Assembly: GCA_963843555.1 (NCBI GenBank)
Contig: CAWJKV010000003.1
Location: forward strand, 128,001 to 192,000
DNA length: 64,000 nucleotides
Reading direction: 5' to 3'
DNA from: an uncultured Methanosarcinales archaeon
Lineage (GTDB): Archaea > Halobacteriota > Methanosarcinia > Methanotrichales > Methanotrichaceae
Part shown: one piece after another, positions 10,814-21,201 of the stretch
Position numbering within the stretch: position 1 is the first letter of the stretch
How the letters are laid out: each line of letters starts with the position of its first letter
The notes under the pieces: model-generated
What the model was told of the DNA's origin: nothing
Databases searched by the model: none
The model's input: the letters and a program-made list of their open reading frames with translations, nothing else
Position numbers and translations under genes: made by a program

Positions 10814-11049
10814 TCTCCAGAGAGTGATGCTGTCGAGGAACTGAGCCGGAAATGACTCAATGGGCTCCTCTTCAGCTATCTCGTGACTTTTCTAATCCAA
10901 GACGTTCTGGCTTCGATTCATTGCAGTGGTTTTCATCCTGATTCTGTCCTTTGCTCCATAAGCAATCGATTTCATTTGCGATTTCGATATGAGTATTCTC
11001 ACCATAAATTAGTTATAAAATGCGGCCAAGATTGCTGCGGGGAATTCAT

Positions 11050-11484
11050 ATGCCAAAGTTGGCGATAATCTATGCGAGCGGTCTGGGAAGGACCAAAACG
11101 ATGGCCGAAGCCATTTCGAATGGAGCCATGACCATTCCGGGCGTTGAGGTGGTCTTGAAAGACGCCTATGATGCCTCTCCTGAAGACGTTAAGAATGCAG
11201 AAGCTCTAGCTCTGGGGGGTTCGACCTATAACTATAAGCTGATCAAGGCCATGGATCCATTCCTAAATGAGCTGTCAAAGCTTGATCTGAAGGGACGAAT
11301 AGGAGTTGCCTTCGGATCTTACGGGTGGAGCGGAGAGGGCGTTCCAACTCTGATTATCCGCATGAAGTCCTTTGGCATGAAGGTGATTGAGCCTGGAACT
11401 ACAGCCGTACAGGTTCCTTCCAAGGAAGATATAGAAAAATGCTTCTTATTAGGAAGAAGTATCGCCATGGGCCTGGTAAATTAG
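11050..11484 (+). CDS. Flavodoxin-domain protein
   Basis: IIYASGLGRTKTMAEAI and AFGSYGWSGE motifs. Confidence 0.88.
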   Translation: MPKLAIIYASGLGRTKTMAEAISNGAMTIPGVEVVLKDAYDASPEDVKNAEALALGGSTYNYKLIKAMDPFLNELSKLDLKGRIGVAFGSYGWSGEGVPTLIIRMKSFGMKVIEPGTTAVQVPSKEDIEKCFLLGRSIAMGLVN

Positions 11485-11506
11485 TCTCGAACAGGAGTCG
11501 CAGAAC

Positions 11507-12166
11507 ATGTCAAAAGACATTCTGGAAAAGGGGGCCATTGTGCAGAGGGACAGAGAGACCTTTGCCATAGCCCCGCACATCGCAGGTGGCATAATCGATC
11601 CTGCCGGCCTTAGAAAGATCGCTGATGTGGCTGAGAAGTATCATGCCAAGGCTCTCAAGATCACTTCGGCACAGAGGATCGCCATTGTGGGGATCGATCC
11701 GAAGGACATCGATGACGCCTGGACGGATCTGGGCATGAAGGCTGGAGCTGCCATAGGTCTATGTGTTCGCAGCATCAAGATCTGTCCAGGAACCACATTC
11801 TGCAAGCGCGGCCAGCAGGATTCCGTCGGGGTAGGCTTAAAGCTGGACGAACTATATCATGGGATGCAGCTCCCCTGGAAGTTCAAAATGGGAGTTTCAG
11901 GATGCGCCAACTCCTGCGCTGAGCCGGCTGTAAAGGATATCGGCTTGATTGGAACCTCTAAGGGTTGGAGGGTTCTTGTGGGTGGAAGCAGCGGCGTCAA
12001 GCCAAGGCTGGGCCAGATGCTGGCAGAGAATCTGTCCGATGAAGAGGTTTTATTGCTCGTCGACAGAATAGTCGACTACTACAAGGATCATGCCAAGAAG
12101 CAGCGTCTGGGCGAGTTCATCGATGAGATAAGCTTCGAGAAGTTCAAGGCGGAAATCCTGGCTTAG
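11507..12166 (+). CDS. Small nitrite/sulfite reductase-like (siroheme/4Fe-4S) protein
   Basis: CPGTTFC and KFKMGVSGCANSC cysteine motifs. Confidence 0.85.
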   Translation: MSKDILEKGAIVQRDRETFAIAPHIAGGIIDPAGLRKIADVAEKYHAKALKITSAQRIAIVGIDPKDIDDAWTDLGMKAGAAIGLCVRSIKICPGTTFCKRGQQDSVGVGLKLDELYHGMQLPWKFKMGVSGCANSCAEPAVKDIGLIGTSKGWRVLVGGSSGVKPRLGQMLAENLSDEEVLLLVDRIVDYYKDHAKKQRLGEFIDEISFEKFKAEILA

Positions 12167-12277
12167 CAGACGGACCGGGGCCAGGCGTCGCGCCATTTTA
12201 AATTGAATCAGAATTTTTTCCGAGAAATTGGCTGGAGAGGCGAATACTCGCGCCTCTTCGTTTTTTTGTTGATGGGA

Positions 12278-12715
12278 TCAGGGCGGCAGAGTACCGTATC
12301 CGGGTGCATAGGTAGGCCAGTAATAATAAGCCATGTTGTTCTGATACAAATAGGGATTACTGTTCTGATATGTCTGATATGCATTCGGGTAAGCATAATA
12401 GGGCATGTAATCTGGTATGTAGGGAGAACTATATCCTCCGTTCAGGAAGTTGTAAGCCTCTGCCATCCATACGGCTTGCTCATAGTATTCTCGTCCGGGG
12501 CAGGTTCCGTTGTAGAAGCTTTCCAGTTCACAATAGCCACCGTCCGGGAAATAACAGTTTCCGTCTTTGGGACATCCGCCCTGATTCACACAGTACGCCT
12601 CTAACGAATTTCTCGCCAGGCAGGGGCCAGTCCCGCCCAATCCTATGGCAGAGACCGGCTCTGTCGGCAGCATCAAAAACAAGGCAATCAATATCAATAT
12701 TGTAAGTAATCTCAT
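12278..12715 (-). CDS. Secreted DUF333-like protein with a Tyr/Pro-rich tail
   Basis: AYCVNQGG...GNCYFPDGGYCE..FYNGTC. Confidence 0.6.
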   Translation of the reverse strand: MRLLTILILIALFLMLPTEPVSAIGLGGTGPCLARNSLEAYCVNQGGCPKDGNCYFPDGGYCELESFYNGTCPGREYYEQAVWMAEAYNFLNGGYSSPYIPDYMPYYAYPNAYQTYQNSNPYLYQNNMAYYYWPTYAPGYGTLPP

Positions 12716-12777
12716 AATGTCCCCTCTCTTTTATGACCTATGCTCTTCTAATCTATGAAAGATTTTTGGTTGAATAG

Positions 12778-12813
12778 AAAAAAGAAGAATGATGCCCTGG
12801 GAAATCCCAGGGC
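12778..12813 (-). terminator. Hairpin terminator
   Basis: Perfect inverted repeat GCCCTGGGA-AA-TCCCAGGGC followed by a T-rich run on the minus strand. Confidence 0.55.
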
Positions 12814-12847
12814 GTTGATCCATTCAATTGCAATTCGCCTACGTTAC

Positions 12848-13759
12848 CTAGGCTACTGTGGCATCGATCAGAGCGGTATCGTTGCCTGGCATGGTTACAT
12901 TTTCAGTTTCAATGGGTACTACGATCGCATTTTCAGCTTCAATGGGTACCACGGTCGCATTCTCCGCTTCAACGGGCATCATGGTCTCATTTCCTGCTTC
13001 AATGGGCATAACCTGATTGGCGAATACCAGTCCTGTTACACTCATATCCGTGATGTTCACTGAGAACTTGCCATCGCTGGGTGATACGATTCTCCAGCCC
13101 ATCTTAAGAACTTCTGAGACGACATACTCTCCTGCGGCCAGATCAGAGAATGCGAACTTGCCTTCCATGGAAGTGTTAGCGCTCATGATGACATTTCCGG
13201 CAGGCTGCTCCAGGTTAACTGTCCAATCGGCCAGAACAGTTTCGTTGCTATCCATGGTGCTGTTTCCATTCGTATCATTGAAGGCCATGCCTTCGATAGT
13301 GAATCTTGGAACAACTACTTCGGGTGCGGCTGTCACATTGGCCTCAGGAGCCACGGTCTCTTGTGTAACATTGGCGGCAGGGGCCACAGTCTCTGGTGCC
13401 GGTATGGAAGCCTCTGTCGCGTTTGCAGCACTACCTAAGACTAAAGGCTCCACGGCCTGTTCGCCCGTGGCATTGGCGCCTGCGAGACTAATTGAGTAAG
13501 GCATGACGGTCCCTTGCTTGATCGAGTAGGCAACCCTGGTGCTCTGAACTGCCGGAGTACTGACCGGAGATCCGCTCGTCGCCATATCCTGTGTCATATT
13601 ATGGCCGGGAGCTCCTAATGAGATGCTGTAACCGACTCTTGGTCCAGATGTTGCAGTATATGACTGATTCCCTGCAATCTGATTAGTGAACCCCAAAGCA
13701 GGCATTGAAACGATGGCTGCTATAATGAGGGCCACGGTGATAGCCAGAACTTTCCTCAT
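12848..13759 (-). CDS. Secreted SdrD/Cna-B-like surface protein with C-terminal 10-aa repeats
   Basis: Signal peptide; IEGMAFNDTNGNS..D.NE..LADWTVNL and GEYVVSEV; repeats of the type PIEAENAT. Confidence 0.78.
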   Translation of the reverse strand: MRKVLAITVALIIAAIVSMPALGFTNQIAGNQSYTATSGPRVGYSISLGAPGHNMTQDMATSGSPVSTPAVQSTRVAYSIKQGTVMPYSISLAGANATGEQAVEPLVLGSAANATEASIPAPETVAPAANVTQETVAPEANVTAAPEVVVPRFTIEGMAFNDTNGNSTMDSNETVLADWTVNLEQPAGNVIMSANTSMEGKFAFSDLAAGEYVVSEVLKMGWRIVSPSDGKFSVNITDMSVTGLVFANQVMPIEAGNETMMPVEAENATVVPIEAENAIVVPIETENVTMPGNDTALIDATVA

Positions 13760-14071
13760 ATTTAATACCTCTTATTACTCTTGCGCATAGCACTTATGAC
13801 TATAGATTAACATCCTCCCTATTGAGAAGAATTGTCGTGAAGTCTAGTTATTCTTCGTATAAATAGACTTTCATGGCCCAAGAGCATCATAGGGGGACCG
13901 CATCACATTATGCTTTTGCCTTTCTCTGGCTGGGGTGGAGGCCTGCTGAAAATTCCCTGTCCTGATTCGTTGGCGGTCTGTTTTATTTATATTTTTTTCA
14001 GTTCATACTATAATATGTTATAGCATATATTACCTTCATTATACTCAATGCAAAGTTGGCTAATGCTGGCA

Positions 14072-14935
14072 TCAATTATCTCGTGGAGGCAATAGATGCG
14101 ATCCATCACAGTTTATGCCCGGGACTGATGCAAAGCCTTCCCGGCAGGTGGAGAATGTTATCCCCACCTTATCCGCACTATCCTTCACCTTCTGCATCAG
14201 AGAGCATCTCAACTCTCGGGGGAGATAGAGGCTTCCCTGCGTGCGGCAGCCTTTCTGGAGCAGTATTCTCAGGGCAATTCCCGCTTCCGGGAAGGCTGAT
14301 GAGATTCTTTTCGTATTGCCAGGTCGGGCTTTGTAGGTGGATGAGACTATGTGCCTGGCCCCGGCATGAGTCGCAGCGTAGACCAGATCCTCAATTTCAG
14401 AATCGTTTATGCCCGGGATGATGGGATCGATGCGGGCCGAGACAGGGACTCCCCGATCCGCCAGTATTGTCATGGCATCAAGGCGTCTTCGGGGCAATGC
14501 AGCTCCTGGTTCCAGCTTCCGGCAGATTGAGTCCTTCAGTGTGGTTACTGTAATTGCAACCGTGGCCTTCATGCTGGCCAGCAGATCTGCATCTTCTGCC
14601 ACCAAATCGGATTTCGTCACCACCTGGACTCGACAACCTTTCTTTTTCAATATCTGCAAGCATCCTCGACTCAGCCTCAGCTCTTTTTCCATTGATGGAT
14701 AAGGGTCAGAGCTGTTGGACATCGCCACGAGGGTGTGGGGCTTGATCTCTGCCAAATCTTTTTCCAGGCGTTTTAAGAGATCGACTTTGGGACGACAATC
14801 CTGAAAGTGGGGGATATAAGATGAGGCGTAGCAGTAAATGCAGCCGTGCGGGCAACCTGTGTAGGGATTCAGGCTCATCTTGGCGGGGCAGGTGCAAAAA
14901 GGGCTCTTCCAGGGGTCAAAAGGTCTGAGAATCAT
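14072..14935 (-). CDS. Radical SAM protein, spore-photoproduct-lyase-like family
   Basis: LNPYTGCPHGCIYCYA (CxxxCxxC), SNSSDPYP, VTKSD. Confidence 0.88.
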   Translation of the reverse strand: MILRPFDPWKSPFCTCPAKMSLNPYTGCPHGCIYCYASSYIPHFQDCRPKVDLLKRLEKDLAEIKPHTLVAMSNSSDPYPSMEKELRLSRGCLQILKKKGCRVQVVTKSDLVAEDADLLASMKATVAITVTTLKDSICRKLEPGAALPRRRLDAMTILADRGVPVSARIDPIIPGINDSEIEDLVYAATHAGARHIVSSTYKARPGNTKRISSAFPEAGIALRILLQKGCRTQGSLYLPRELRCSLMQKVKDSADKVGITFSTCREGFASVPGINCDGSHLLPPRDN

Positions 14936-16188
14936 TGGCCGCAGATCTCTATGAAATCCCGGCTGGAGCCAAAGCCCGGGCAGTAAGCTGCCTGGAGATC
15001 TCTTGCCATCAATGCTTCGCCTCCGCCTTTCCCCACTCGAGCGTGATAGTCTCTGACTGCCTCACTATCTCCAAGAATCTTCTCCTCGGCAGGAGAAATT
15101 CCCGCGAAAGGCAAGGCTCCGGGCTCCCCAAGTATAGCCACCAGCCTCTTTCTCCTCTCCTGATAGGGTCTGCTGCATGTGTCCTCTCCTGATTGGTAGA
15201 TCAGGTCATAGGCCAGGAGGGCAGGCGATAGGCGGCTCTTGCGAGAGAGGCGACGGCGGTTGATGTACTTCAGCATCTCTGACTGGCGGCATATCTTCCC
15301 CTCCTCGAAGCCGATGAGATCAGCATCTACGATAAAATCCTCTTCAATGGCGCCGAGCTGCCGGGATAGGCCGTTCAAGGCCGTAGTAATGTTACGAAGC
15401 CTGGAAGTGAATATGAGTGTCTCTCCTTTTATTTTATGGACCTGGACCCTCAGGCCGGGATACTTGGGAAGAAAGGCAAACTGCCGGCTCTCGCCTTCGG
15501 ATTCTGGATTCATTGCTCTGCCTTTGCGAATTATCATGAGATTGATGGGGATCCTGGGCTGGATGGTTGATCGCTCCAGCTCTGAGGTGAGGGCCATGCC
15601 CGCGATTCTTCCTGGGTCTGGCATGAGATTGTATGACCTTAAGATCCGGGTTTGGTCGCAGTGGAATGCCTGAAAAAAAGCGGCAAGCATCGTCTTATGT
15701 CCGATGCCGGCCAGCATATTTCTCAGAGCGGTGCGGGCGATGTACTTTCCCTCCAGAGGGGTTGCCTGCAAGAACAGGCCCCGTAGAATGGCGTTCTTCC
15801 GTTGTTCTGATTCTTTGCCCTTCATGCGAGAGACGCGTCTCAGCTTTTCATAGACGGAAAGGGCCTGCAAGGGCTCGCTGCAGAGCGAGTGCTGTCCCTT
15901 CTGGCGCAGAGCCGCCTCGGCTACCAACCCCATCTCGCCCATTCTCTCTCTGAGCCGGGAGACGTCTTCCTCAGATACCTCCGCCAATGCCGCCATCAGG
16001 GCTTCCGGGCCTATTCCCATCTCTCTCTCTTCCCAGGGCAGCCAGAGCTCGCCCAAGAGGAGCCGCACCGCAGGGCAGAGCATCTCTGGTTCTTGATATG
16101 CCAGAAGGCGTGCCGTTAGGTCGACTTTCTGGCGGCGCGGAGCCTGGGATATGTCTTGCAGGGCCTGGGCAATTTGGCAATAGAGCAT
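14932..16188 (-). CDS. ATP-dependent DNA ligase-like protein (degenerate motifs, no OB domain)
   Basis: Ligase N-terminal DNA-binding domain plus an adenylation-like domain (PKYPGLRVQVHK, FTSRLRNIT, AYDLIY). Confidence 0.75.
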   Translation of the reverse strand: MLYCQIAQALQDISQAPRRQKVDLTARLLAYQEPEMLCPAVRLLLGELWLPWEEREMGIGPEALMAALAEVSEEDVSRLRERMGEMGLVAEAALRQKGQHSLCSEPLQALSVYEKLRRVSRMKGKESEQRKNAILRGLFLQATPLEGKYIARTALRNMLAGIGHKTMLAAFFQAFHCDQTRILRSYNLMPDPGRIAGMALTSELERSTIQPRIPINLMIIRKGRAMNPESEGESRQFAFLPKYPGLRVQVHKIKGETLIFTSRLRNITTALNGLSRQLGAIEEDFIVDADLIGFEEGKICRQSEMLKYINRRRLSRKSRLSPALLAYDLIYQSGEDTCSRPYQERRKRLVAILGEPGALPFAGISPAEEKILGDSEAVRDYHARVGKGGGEALMARDLQAAYCPGFGSSRDFIEICGQ

Positions 16189-16473
16189 TTACCTCGCTAT
16201 CTTGATCTTCTTCAGATCCTCTGCCCTCTTGGACAGGTCTCCAATCATGGAGTCCAGCTCTTTCAGAAATGATCTGGTTTCATTGGTGGTCACGGCGCCC
16301 GGTGCTGACGCTTTGATCAGTCCCTCCTGCTCCAATACTCGCAATGAATAGCGCACCTTGTGGCTGGGTATATTTGTCTCCTCAGCCAGCTTGAGAATGC
16401 CGATGGGCTCGTTCTCCACTACTTGCTTGAGTATGACCAGGTGCCGTTGCAGCATCTCAAGCTCACCGCTCAC
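16189..16473 (-). CDS. Winged-helix protein
   Basis: EPIGILKLAEET.IPSHKVRYSLRVLEQEGLI. Confidence 0.8.
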   Translation of the reverse strand: MSGELEMLQRHLVILKQVVENEPIGILKLAEETNIPSHKVRYSLRVLEQEGLIKASAPGAVTTNETRSFLKELDSMIGDLSKRAEDLKKIKIAR

Positions 16474-16698
16474 CTTCTCGGTAAGAATTTATATCACATC
16501 CAGTCACGGATAAAACAATATTAATTCGAGTGATGAACTTATAATTCCATCGATTGACACGGCACATGCTAACACAGATAATCAAAATCCGGAGAAGGCA
16601 GGAAATTCCGGATCCCCGGCGGCCGGAGGTTCCTGGCAATGTATTGAGGCTGATCTTTGGACCAGCCCAGGGGCACAGAGATTGATGACTTATGTTAG

Positions 16699-17817
16699 CT
16701 ATAAGCGCGACCGGCGGGAGAGGAAGTCTATGCCGTGCCTGGATGTCAGGCGTTTGCTCTGGTCCTTTCCCAGTATCTGCGGGGACGATACACCCGTCAC
16801 CACAAGCATGGTTCTCAGAGTGTGCTCGAGGTTCTGGTCTATCTGTGCGCCCCAGATTATGCGAGCCTCTGGGTTGATCTTCTGATAAACCTCATCCACG
16901 ACGGTTTCGGCATCGGTGATGGTCATATCCGGTCCCCCCACCACGTTCACCAGAGCTGAGGTTGCCCCTGATACGTCCACGTCGAGAAGGGGGCTACGGA
17001 GAGCCTTCACAACGGAGTCGCGTGCCTTCTCCTCGCCTTCTGCCTCGCCCATGCCGATCATTGCCACGCCGCCGTTGGTCATGACAGTTCTTACATCGGC
17101 AAAGTCCAGATTGATGAGGCCGGGCCGGGTGATGAGCTCGGTGATGCCTTTGACGGATCGCATCAGAACTTCATCGGCTACCTTGAAGGCCGCTTGCAGA
17201 GGAAGGTTGGGCACCACATCGAGAAGCCGGTCGTTTGGTACTACTATTACTGTGTCCGAAACCTCTCGCAGCCTCTTCAGGCCGGCTTCAGCATTCTGCA
17301 TTCTTATGGACCCTTCGGCACTGAATGGAATGGTGACGATAGCAATGGTGAGAGCTCCTGCTTCACGCGCGGCTTCTGCCACAACGGGCGAAGCGCCTGT
17401 GCCTGTGCCGCCTCCCAGCCCGCAGGTTACGAAGACCATATCAGCTCCGTCTACTGCCGCTTTGATCTCGTCAATGTTCTCCTGGGCTGCCTCCTCGCCT
17501 ATGGCCGGCAGGCTCCCTGCCCCCAGGCCTCGAGTTGTCCGTCTGCCTATCAGGAAACGCCTGTCAGCATTGATATGCAGAAGATGCTGGGCATCAGTAT
17601 TGACGGCAAAGAGCTCAGCTCCCTGGATGCCGCATTCTGCCAGGCGGTCGATGGTGTTCGAGCCCCCTCCGCCGCACCCGATGACTCGGATGACAGTGGT
17701 CAGTTCTTCCAGAACCGACACTAGCTCTTCATCGCTCTGGATCATGCTGGAAGGCTTGATCCTGCTATCGGCCTCGGATCTCTCCAGGGCGTCGTCGATG
17801 ATGTACTTAATCTCCAT
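16699..17817 (-). CDS. ftsZ: Cell division protein FtsZ
   Basis: [26 protein letters not shown]. Confidence 0.97.
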   Translation of the reverse strand: MEIKYIIDDALERSEADSRIKPSSMIQSDEELVSVLEELTTVIRVIGCGGGGSNTIDRLAECGIQGAELFAVNTDAQHLLHINADRRFLIGRRTTRGLGAGSLPAIGEEAAQENIDEIKAAVDGADMVFVTCGLGGGTGTGASPVVAEAAREAGALTIAIVTIPFSAEGSIRMQNAEAGLKRLREVSDTVIVVPNDRLLDVVPNLPLQAAFKVADEVLMRSVKGITELITRPGLINLDFADVRTVMTNGGVAMIGMGEAEGEEKARDSVVKALRSPLLDVDVSGATSALVNVVGGPDMTITDAETVVDEVYQKINPEARIIWGAQIDQNLEHTLRTMLVVTGVSSPQILGKDQSKRLTSRHGIDFLSRRSRL

Positions 17818-18035
17818 CCCCCCTTACTTTTTTTCTGCCTGATTCTAGTAATCTATTAGTATATAGATTTTTGCATAGAGAGGACGGATGTCTTAGGAAA
17901 ATATTTATAAATCGTTTGAGAATGGTGGATGAAATTTGTTTCAGAGAATCAAATTACGAAATCCCAATGTGGTCATCGTTCCATCTCAAAATGGTCGCCA
18001 TCAAATTATAATTATCTTTGCTCTAAAACATAAAA

Positions 18036-18470
18036 TCAATTTGACTTCAAGGATTTGAGCTTCTCAATCTGCTTCATTATCCTCTCAGCTTCCTTTGCAT
18101 TCTCTGACTCCAGATATTCGACAATTTCCTGAAGGCTCCTGTTCAATTTGTAGATACGATATGGTCGACCCTTTCCAGGGTTCTTCTCGTCTCTCTCTAC
18201 AATCCAGTCCAATTTACGAATCTCCCGCATGGCTATGCTCACTTCAGGCTGCCGAAGATCCGATCCAATCTCTATCTCGCGAGATGTTGCCTCTGACACC
18301 CCTGCAAGGTAGGTTAAAACCTTGGCCACGTTCCTTTTGAGGCCAATTTTCATCATTATGGATGCAAATTCATCCCGTTCATCTATTGAACCTGAGGCAG
18401 CTGATGTATTCAAAGCGTTCACCAAGCGCATAACTAATGGTAACATATATATAAGTTTCGTTGAAAACAA
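18036..18470 (-). CDS. ArsR-like HTH transcriptional regulator (start uncertain)
   Basis: SREIEIGSDLRQPEVSIAMREI...GKGRPYRIYKL. Confidence 0.82.
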   Translation of the reverse strand: MFSTKLIYMLPLVMRLVNALNTSAASGSIDERDEFASIMMKIGLKRNVAKVLTYLAGVSEATSREIEIGSDLRQPEVSIAMREIRKLDWIVERDEKNPGKGRPYRIYKLNRSLQEIVEYLESENAKEAERIMKQIEKLKSLKSN

Positions 18471-18650
18471 TTCCCTTGAAATAGATATGGTATCTGTCTT
18501 AAAAATTATTTTTTATTTTCAAATTTTAAAAAGGTGATCCCTGATGAATTTTGGTCGTCGATAGTTGTGGGAAGATTAAGATAGATCATAGGTGAAAGTA
18601 GATTGGACAAGCCAAATAGCAGGATTTACACTCTTTCATAGGAGGACCAA

Positions 18651-19496
18651 ATGCATATAATGGAGTTGCTGGGCAAATCACGTGTCAAGGTAGATGAGGA
18701 AAAAGTGCTGGAAGCGAGCGAGCCCATGATCGAGTGGTGTCCCCTCTTCGACAAGGTCAGAGGCATAAAACGGGTAACAATCGAGTCGGCGGCTGCCAAT
18801 ATGGATTTTCGCATCCAGAAGCATGGGATGTTCTCGCCCCGGCGAAAGCTGGAAATGGATGCCTTTGTGGGCTTCGGTGCCTCTGAGTCGATGATGACGG
18901 GCCTGGAGAGGGGAATAATTGATGCAGCCGTAACTGTATGCGATGGCGCAGGAACGGTCATAACGCCCAACGGAAAACTTGTCCAGGGAATGGGCGGCTA
19001 CATCTCCGGACTGCAAGAGACCGACCCCATCCCGGAGGTGATTGAGGGCATTCGGGCCAGGGGTGGGCATGTGCTGTCGCCAGAGACTGGCAAGATAGAT
19101 CAACTGGAAGGAGCTGCCTATGCGGCGGCGGCCGGCTATGCCAATTTTGCAGTAACAGTTGCCGATGCGGCATCGGCAGAAAAGCTCCGGGAGCTCGAGA
19201 AGGTGGCCGGGGTCAGGGTAATGATAATTGGAGTTCACCTCACAGGCATAAGCCAGGAAGATGCGTCGCGGCTCGTGGCTGTAGCCGATATTGTGACAGG
19301 CTGCGCCTCAAAGCATATCCGAGAGCAGGTCAAGCCTCTGGTGCAGGTGGGAACGGCCGTGCCACTATTCGGCCTGACCCACTGGGGCAAAGAACTCTTG
19401 GTGGAGAGGGCCAAGGATGTCGAGCAGCCCTTATTGATCAACACCATGCCTCTGCCCGTCCTGCCGGAAAAGAAGCAACCCAGGCCACTGGTGTGA
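18651..19496 (+). CDS. Methanogenesis marker protein 8 (DUF2099)
   Basis: HIMELLGKSRV, CPLF, FGASE, VCDGAGTV, GVHLTG motifs. Confidence 0.88.
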   Translation: MHIMELLGKSRVKVDEEKVLEASEPMIEWCPLFDKVRGIKRVTIESAAANMDFRIQKHGMFSPRRKLEMDAFVGFGASESMMTGLERGIIDAAVTVCDGAGTVITPNGKLVQGMGGYISGLQETDPIPEVIEGIRARGGHVLSPETGKIDQLEGAAYAAAAGYANFAVTVADAASAEKLRELEKVAGVRVMIIGVHLTGISQEDASRLVAVADIVTGCASKHIREQVKPLVQVGTAVPLFGLTHWGKELLVERAKDVEQPLLINTMPLPVLPEKKQPRPLV

Positions 19497-19535
19497 GATT
19501 AGATTTTCGGAGTTGCAGATGGATTGAAGCGTCTC

Positions 19536-20168
19536 TCAGGGGCAAGGAAGGGTCATGATGGATGCATTGCCGCTCTCCAGTTGCATCCTCATATTCGTAT
19601 AGCCCTCGTAAGTGCCGCTCATGGTGTAGATGGGTACATTGCTCGCGCTCTTTTGAACCCGGGCTCCAACTCTTGCCGTTCCCTCTACCTCAGAATGGAC
19701 GCTATAGACTGAGTTCTGATTGGTCTGGCTGACGGATGTATCCTTGATGAGGTCTCTCAGATTGGAGTAGCTCTCTGAATAGACGGAACCGACTTCATAA
19801 TTCTTGGCACAAAGAGCGTTGCGAAGGTCGCTAGGTGTGATCGGCGCAGTGTATTGGGCGGGTTTATTCTGGTACACGCCCCATTCCATCACCTCGAGTC
19901 TCGTTGTAGCCGTCTGGAAATCCGCCGTAAACCTGGGCGTAAATGGATCGGGATACGGTGCCGGTGCCTCTAGTTCCTGTGACCAGTTTCTGTCCGTGGA
20001 AACCCGCCTCCGTCTGGTAAATGCGCGTGTCGTCGATGTACCCCTGGCTGTAGATCCAGGAATGCTCGGTGAGGTTTTGGGGAACTCCTCCCGCCATGGG
20101 AATGAGCATACTGCCCAGGTAATAATACAAAATGCCGACATCACCAAGAAACCGAGCCACCACTTCAT
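19536..20168 (-). CDS. Secreted hypothetical protein with two apparent compensating frameshifts
   Basis: Signal peptide lies in one frame; the protein-like middle part (GQKLVTGTRGTGTVSR) is in the 19864..20181 frame; the C-terminus returns to the first frame. Confidence 0.55.
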   Translation of the reverse strand: MKWWLGFLVMSAFCIITWAVCSFPWREEFPKTSPSIPGSTARGTSTTRAFTRRRRVSTDRNWSQELEAPAPYPDPFTPRFTADFQTATTRLEVMEWGVYQNKPAQYTAPITPSDLRNALCAKNYEVGSVYSESYSNLRDLIKDTSVSQTNQNSVYSVHSEVEGTARVGARVQKSASNVPIYTMSGTYEGYTNMRMQLESGNASIMTLPCP

Positions 20169-20224
20169 CTGGACACCTCAACTCCGAAACATTCTGGCGG
20201 ATGCATTGAATATAAATCTGATCC

Positions 20225-21084
20225 CTATCTGCCTGGTGGCTTATTCCGTCCTCTGCGTCTGATATCTTCCAGGCGAGCCTCCAGAGACGACTTCAGATCC
20301 ATAGACCGTCCCGCTCCATAGTAGTCCAGCCGGGCGGCTATTGCCAGCTTTCCTGCCAGAGCGCGCGACACCTTTCCTCTGAGCCTTTTGGGGGATCCTA
20401 TCACGGCAGGATGGCGGTAGATAATCCCGTGCTTGGGCGAAGGTGCATTGCCTTTCAGGTGCTTGAAGAGGGACTTTTCCGCCCCCATTACCTGTACTCT
20501 GCTGGAGGGCATTCCTGCCAGGCGGCGCAGACTCCCGGCTTTGGAGATGAGCCTCGCTGCCAGGACCGGTCCTGCCAGGGTGGATAGGTTCGGGGCCAGC
20601 TCCTCTGCAGAGGTGACAACTTCCATTTCCAGGTTCTTCCTGGACTCTCTCAGGCCTTGAATCGCTCTCGCGAGTATGCCCATGTTTTCGTCTTCACAGA
20701 GCCCATCAGCCAGATCCTTGCCGTGAACGATCTCCTGGCGGTGCAGACGGGACCATTCATAGAGCCTCTCATCCAGGAGATTCACCGCCTGGGAGATATC
20801 GTCCAGGGCTTCCATGGCCTGGAGCAGGTCCTTCTCGGCTGTGGTAAGTTCCAGGAGCTGCCGGCGCACAAGTCTCAGGGCCACCTCTCGAAGACGAGAG
20901 TTGTATTCGCTATCATTCGCCGCGTAGCCGCAATCCAGGGCAATGCTGCGCAGATCGGGTTGCAGGGCAGGGCCGGTCGGCGGCTGCACCCTGAGGCGAC
21001 TCGATCATGCTGTCTATCTCTTCTGCGGCAATGAAGGATCCTGTCTCTCGGTCAATTCTTCCAAACCAGGTTACAGATCTCCAT
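20225..21084 (-). CDS. nop5: C/D box RNP protein Nop5 (Nop56/58), frameshifted near the 5' end
   Basis: APNLSTLAGP.LAARLI, VQVMGAEKSLF.HL, PKHGIIY.HP; the N-terminus (TWFG) is in another frame. Confidence 0.88.
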
Positions 21085-21201
21085 CTGCTCACAGTCTCGG
21101 GCGATCTGGAATAGATTACTTTCGGGCCGCACAGATTCCTTTTAAATACTTTCATGCCCTACTTACATTACCTCTCAACAAAAATTAGGGGGCAGATTGT
21201 T

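Noticed and set aside
16590..16630. Similarity to 63416-63474 (shared GGAATTTCCTGCC, inverted)
   Set aside because: A 13-mer match is expected by chance in 64 kb, and the flanking similarity is gapped and weak.
16916..17842. Long antisense ORFs (also 25302..26684, 29981..30979, 42557..43744)
   Set aside because: Shadow frames of well-supported genes on the opposite strand, with no motifs of their own.
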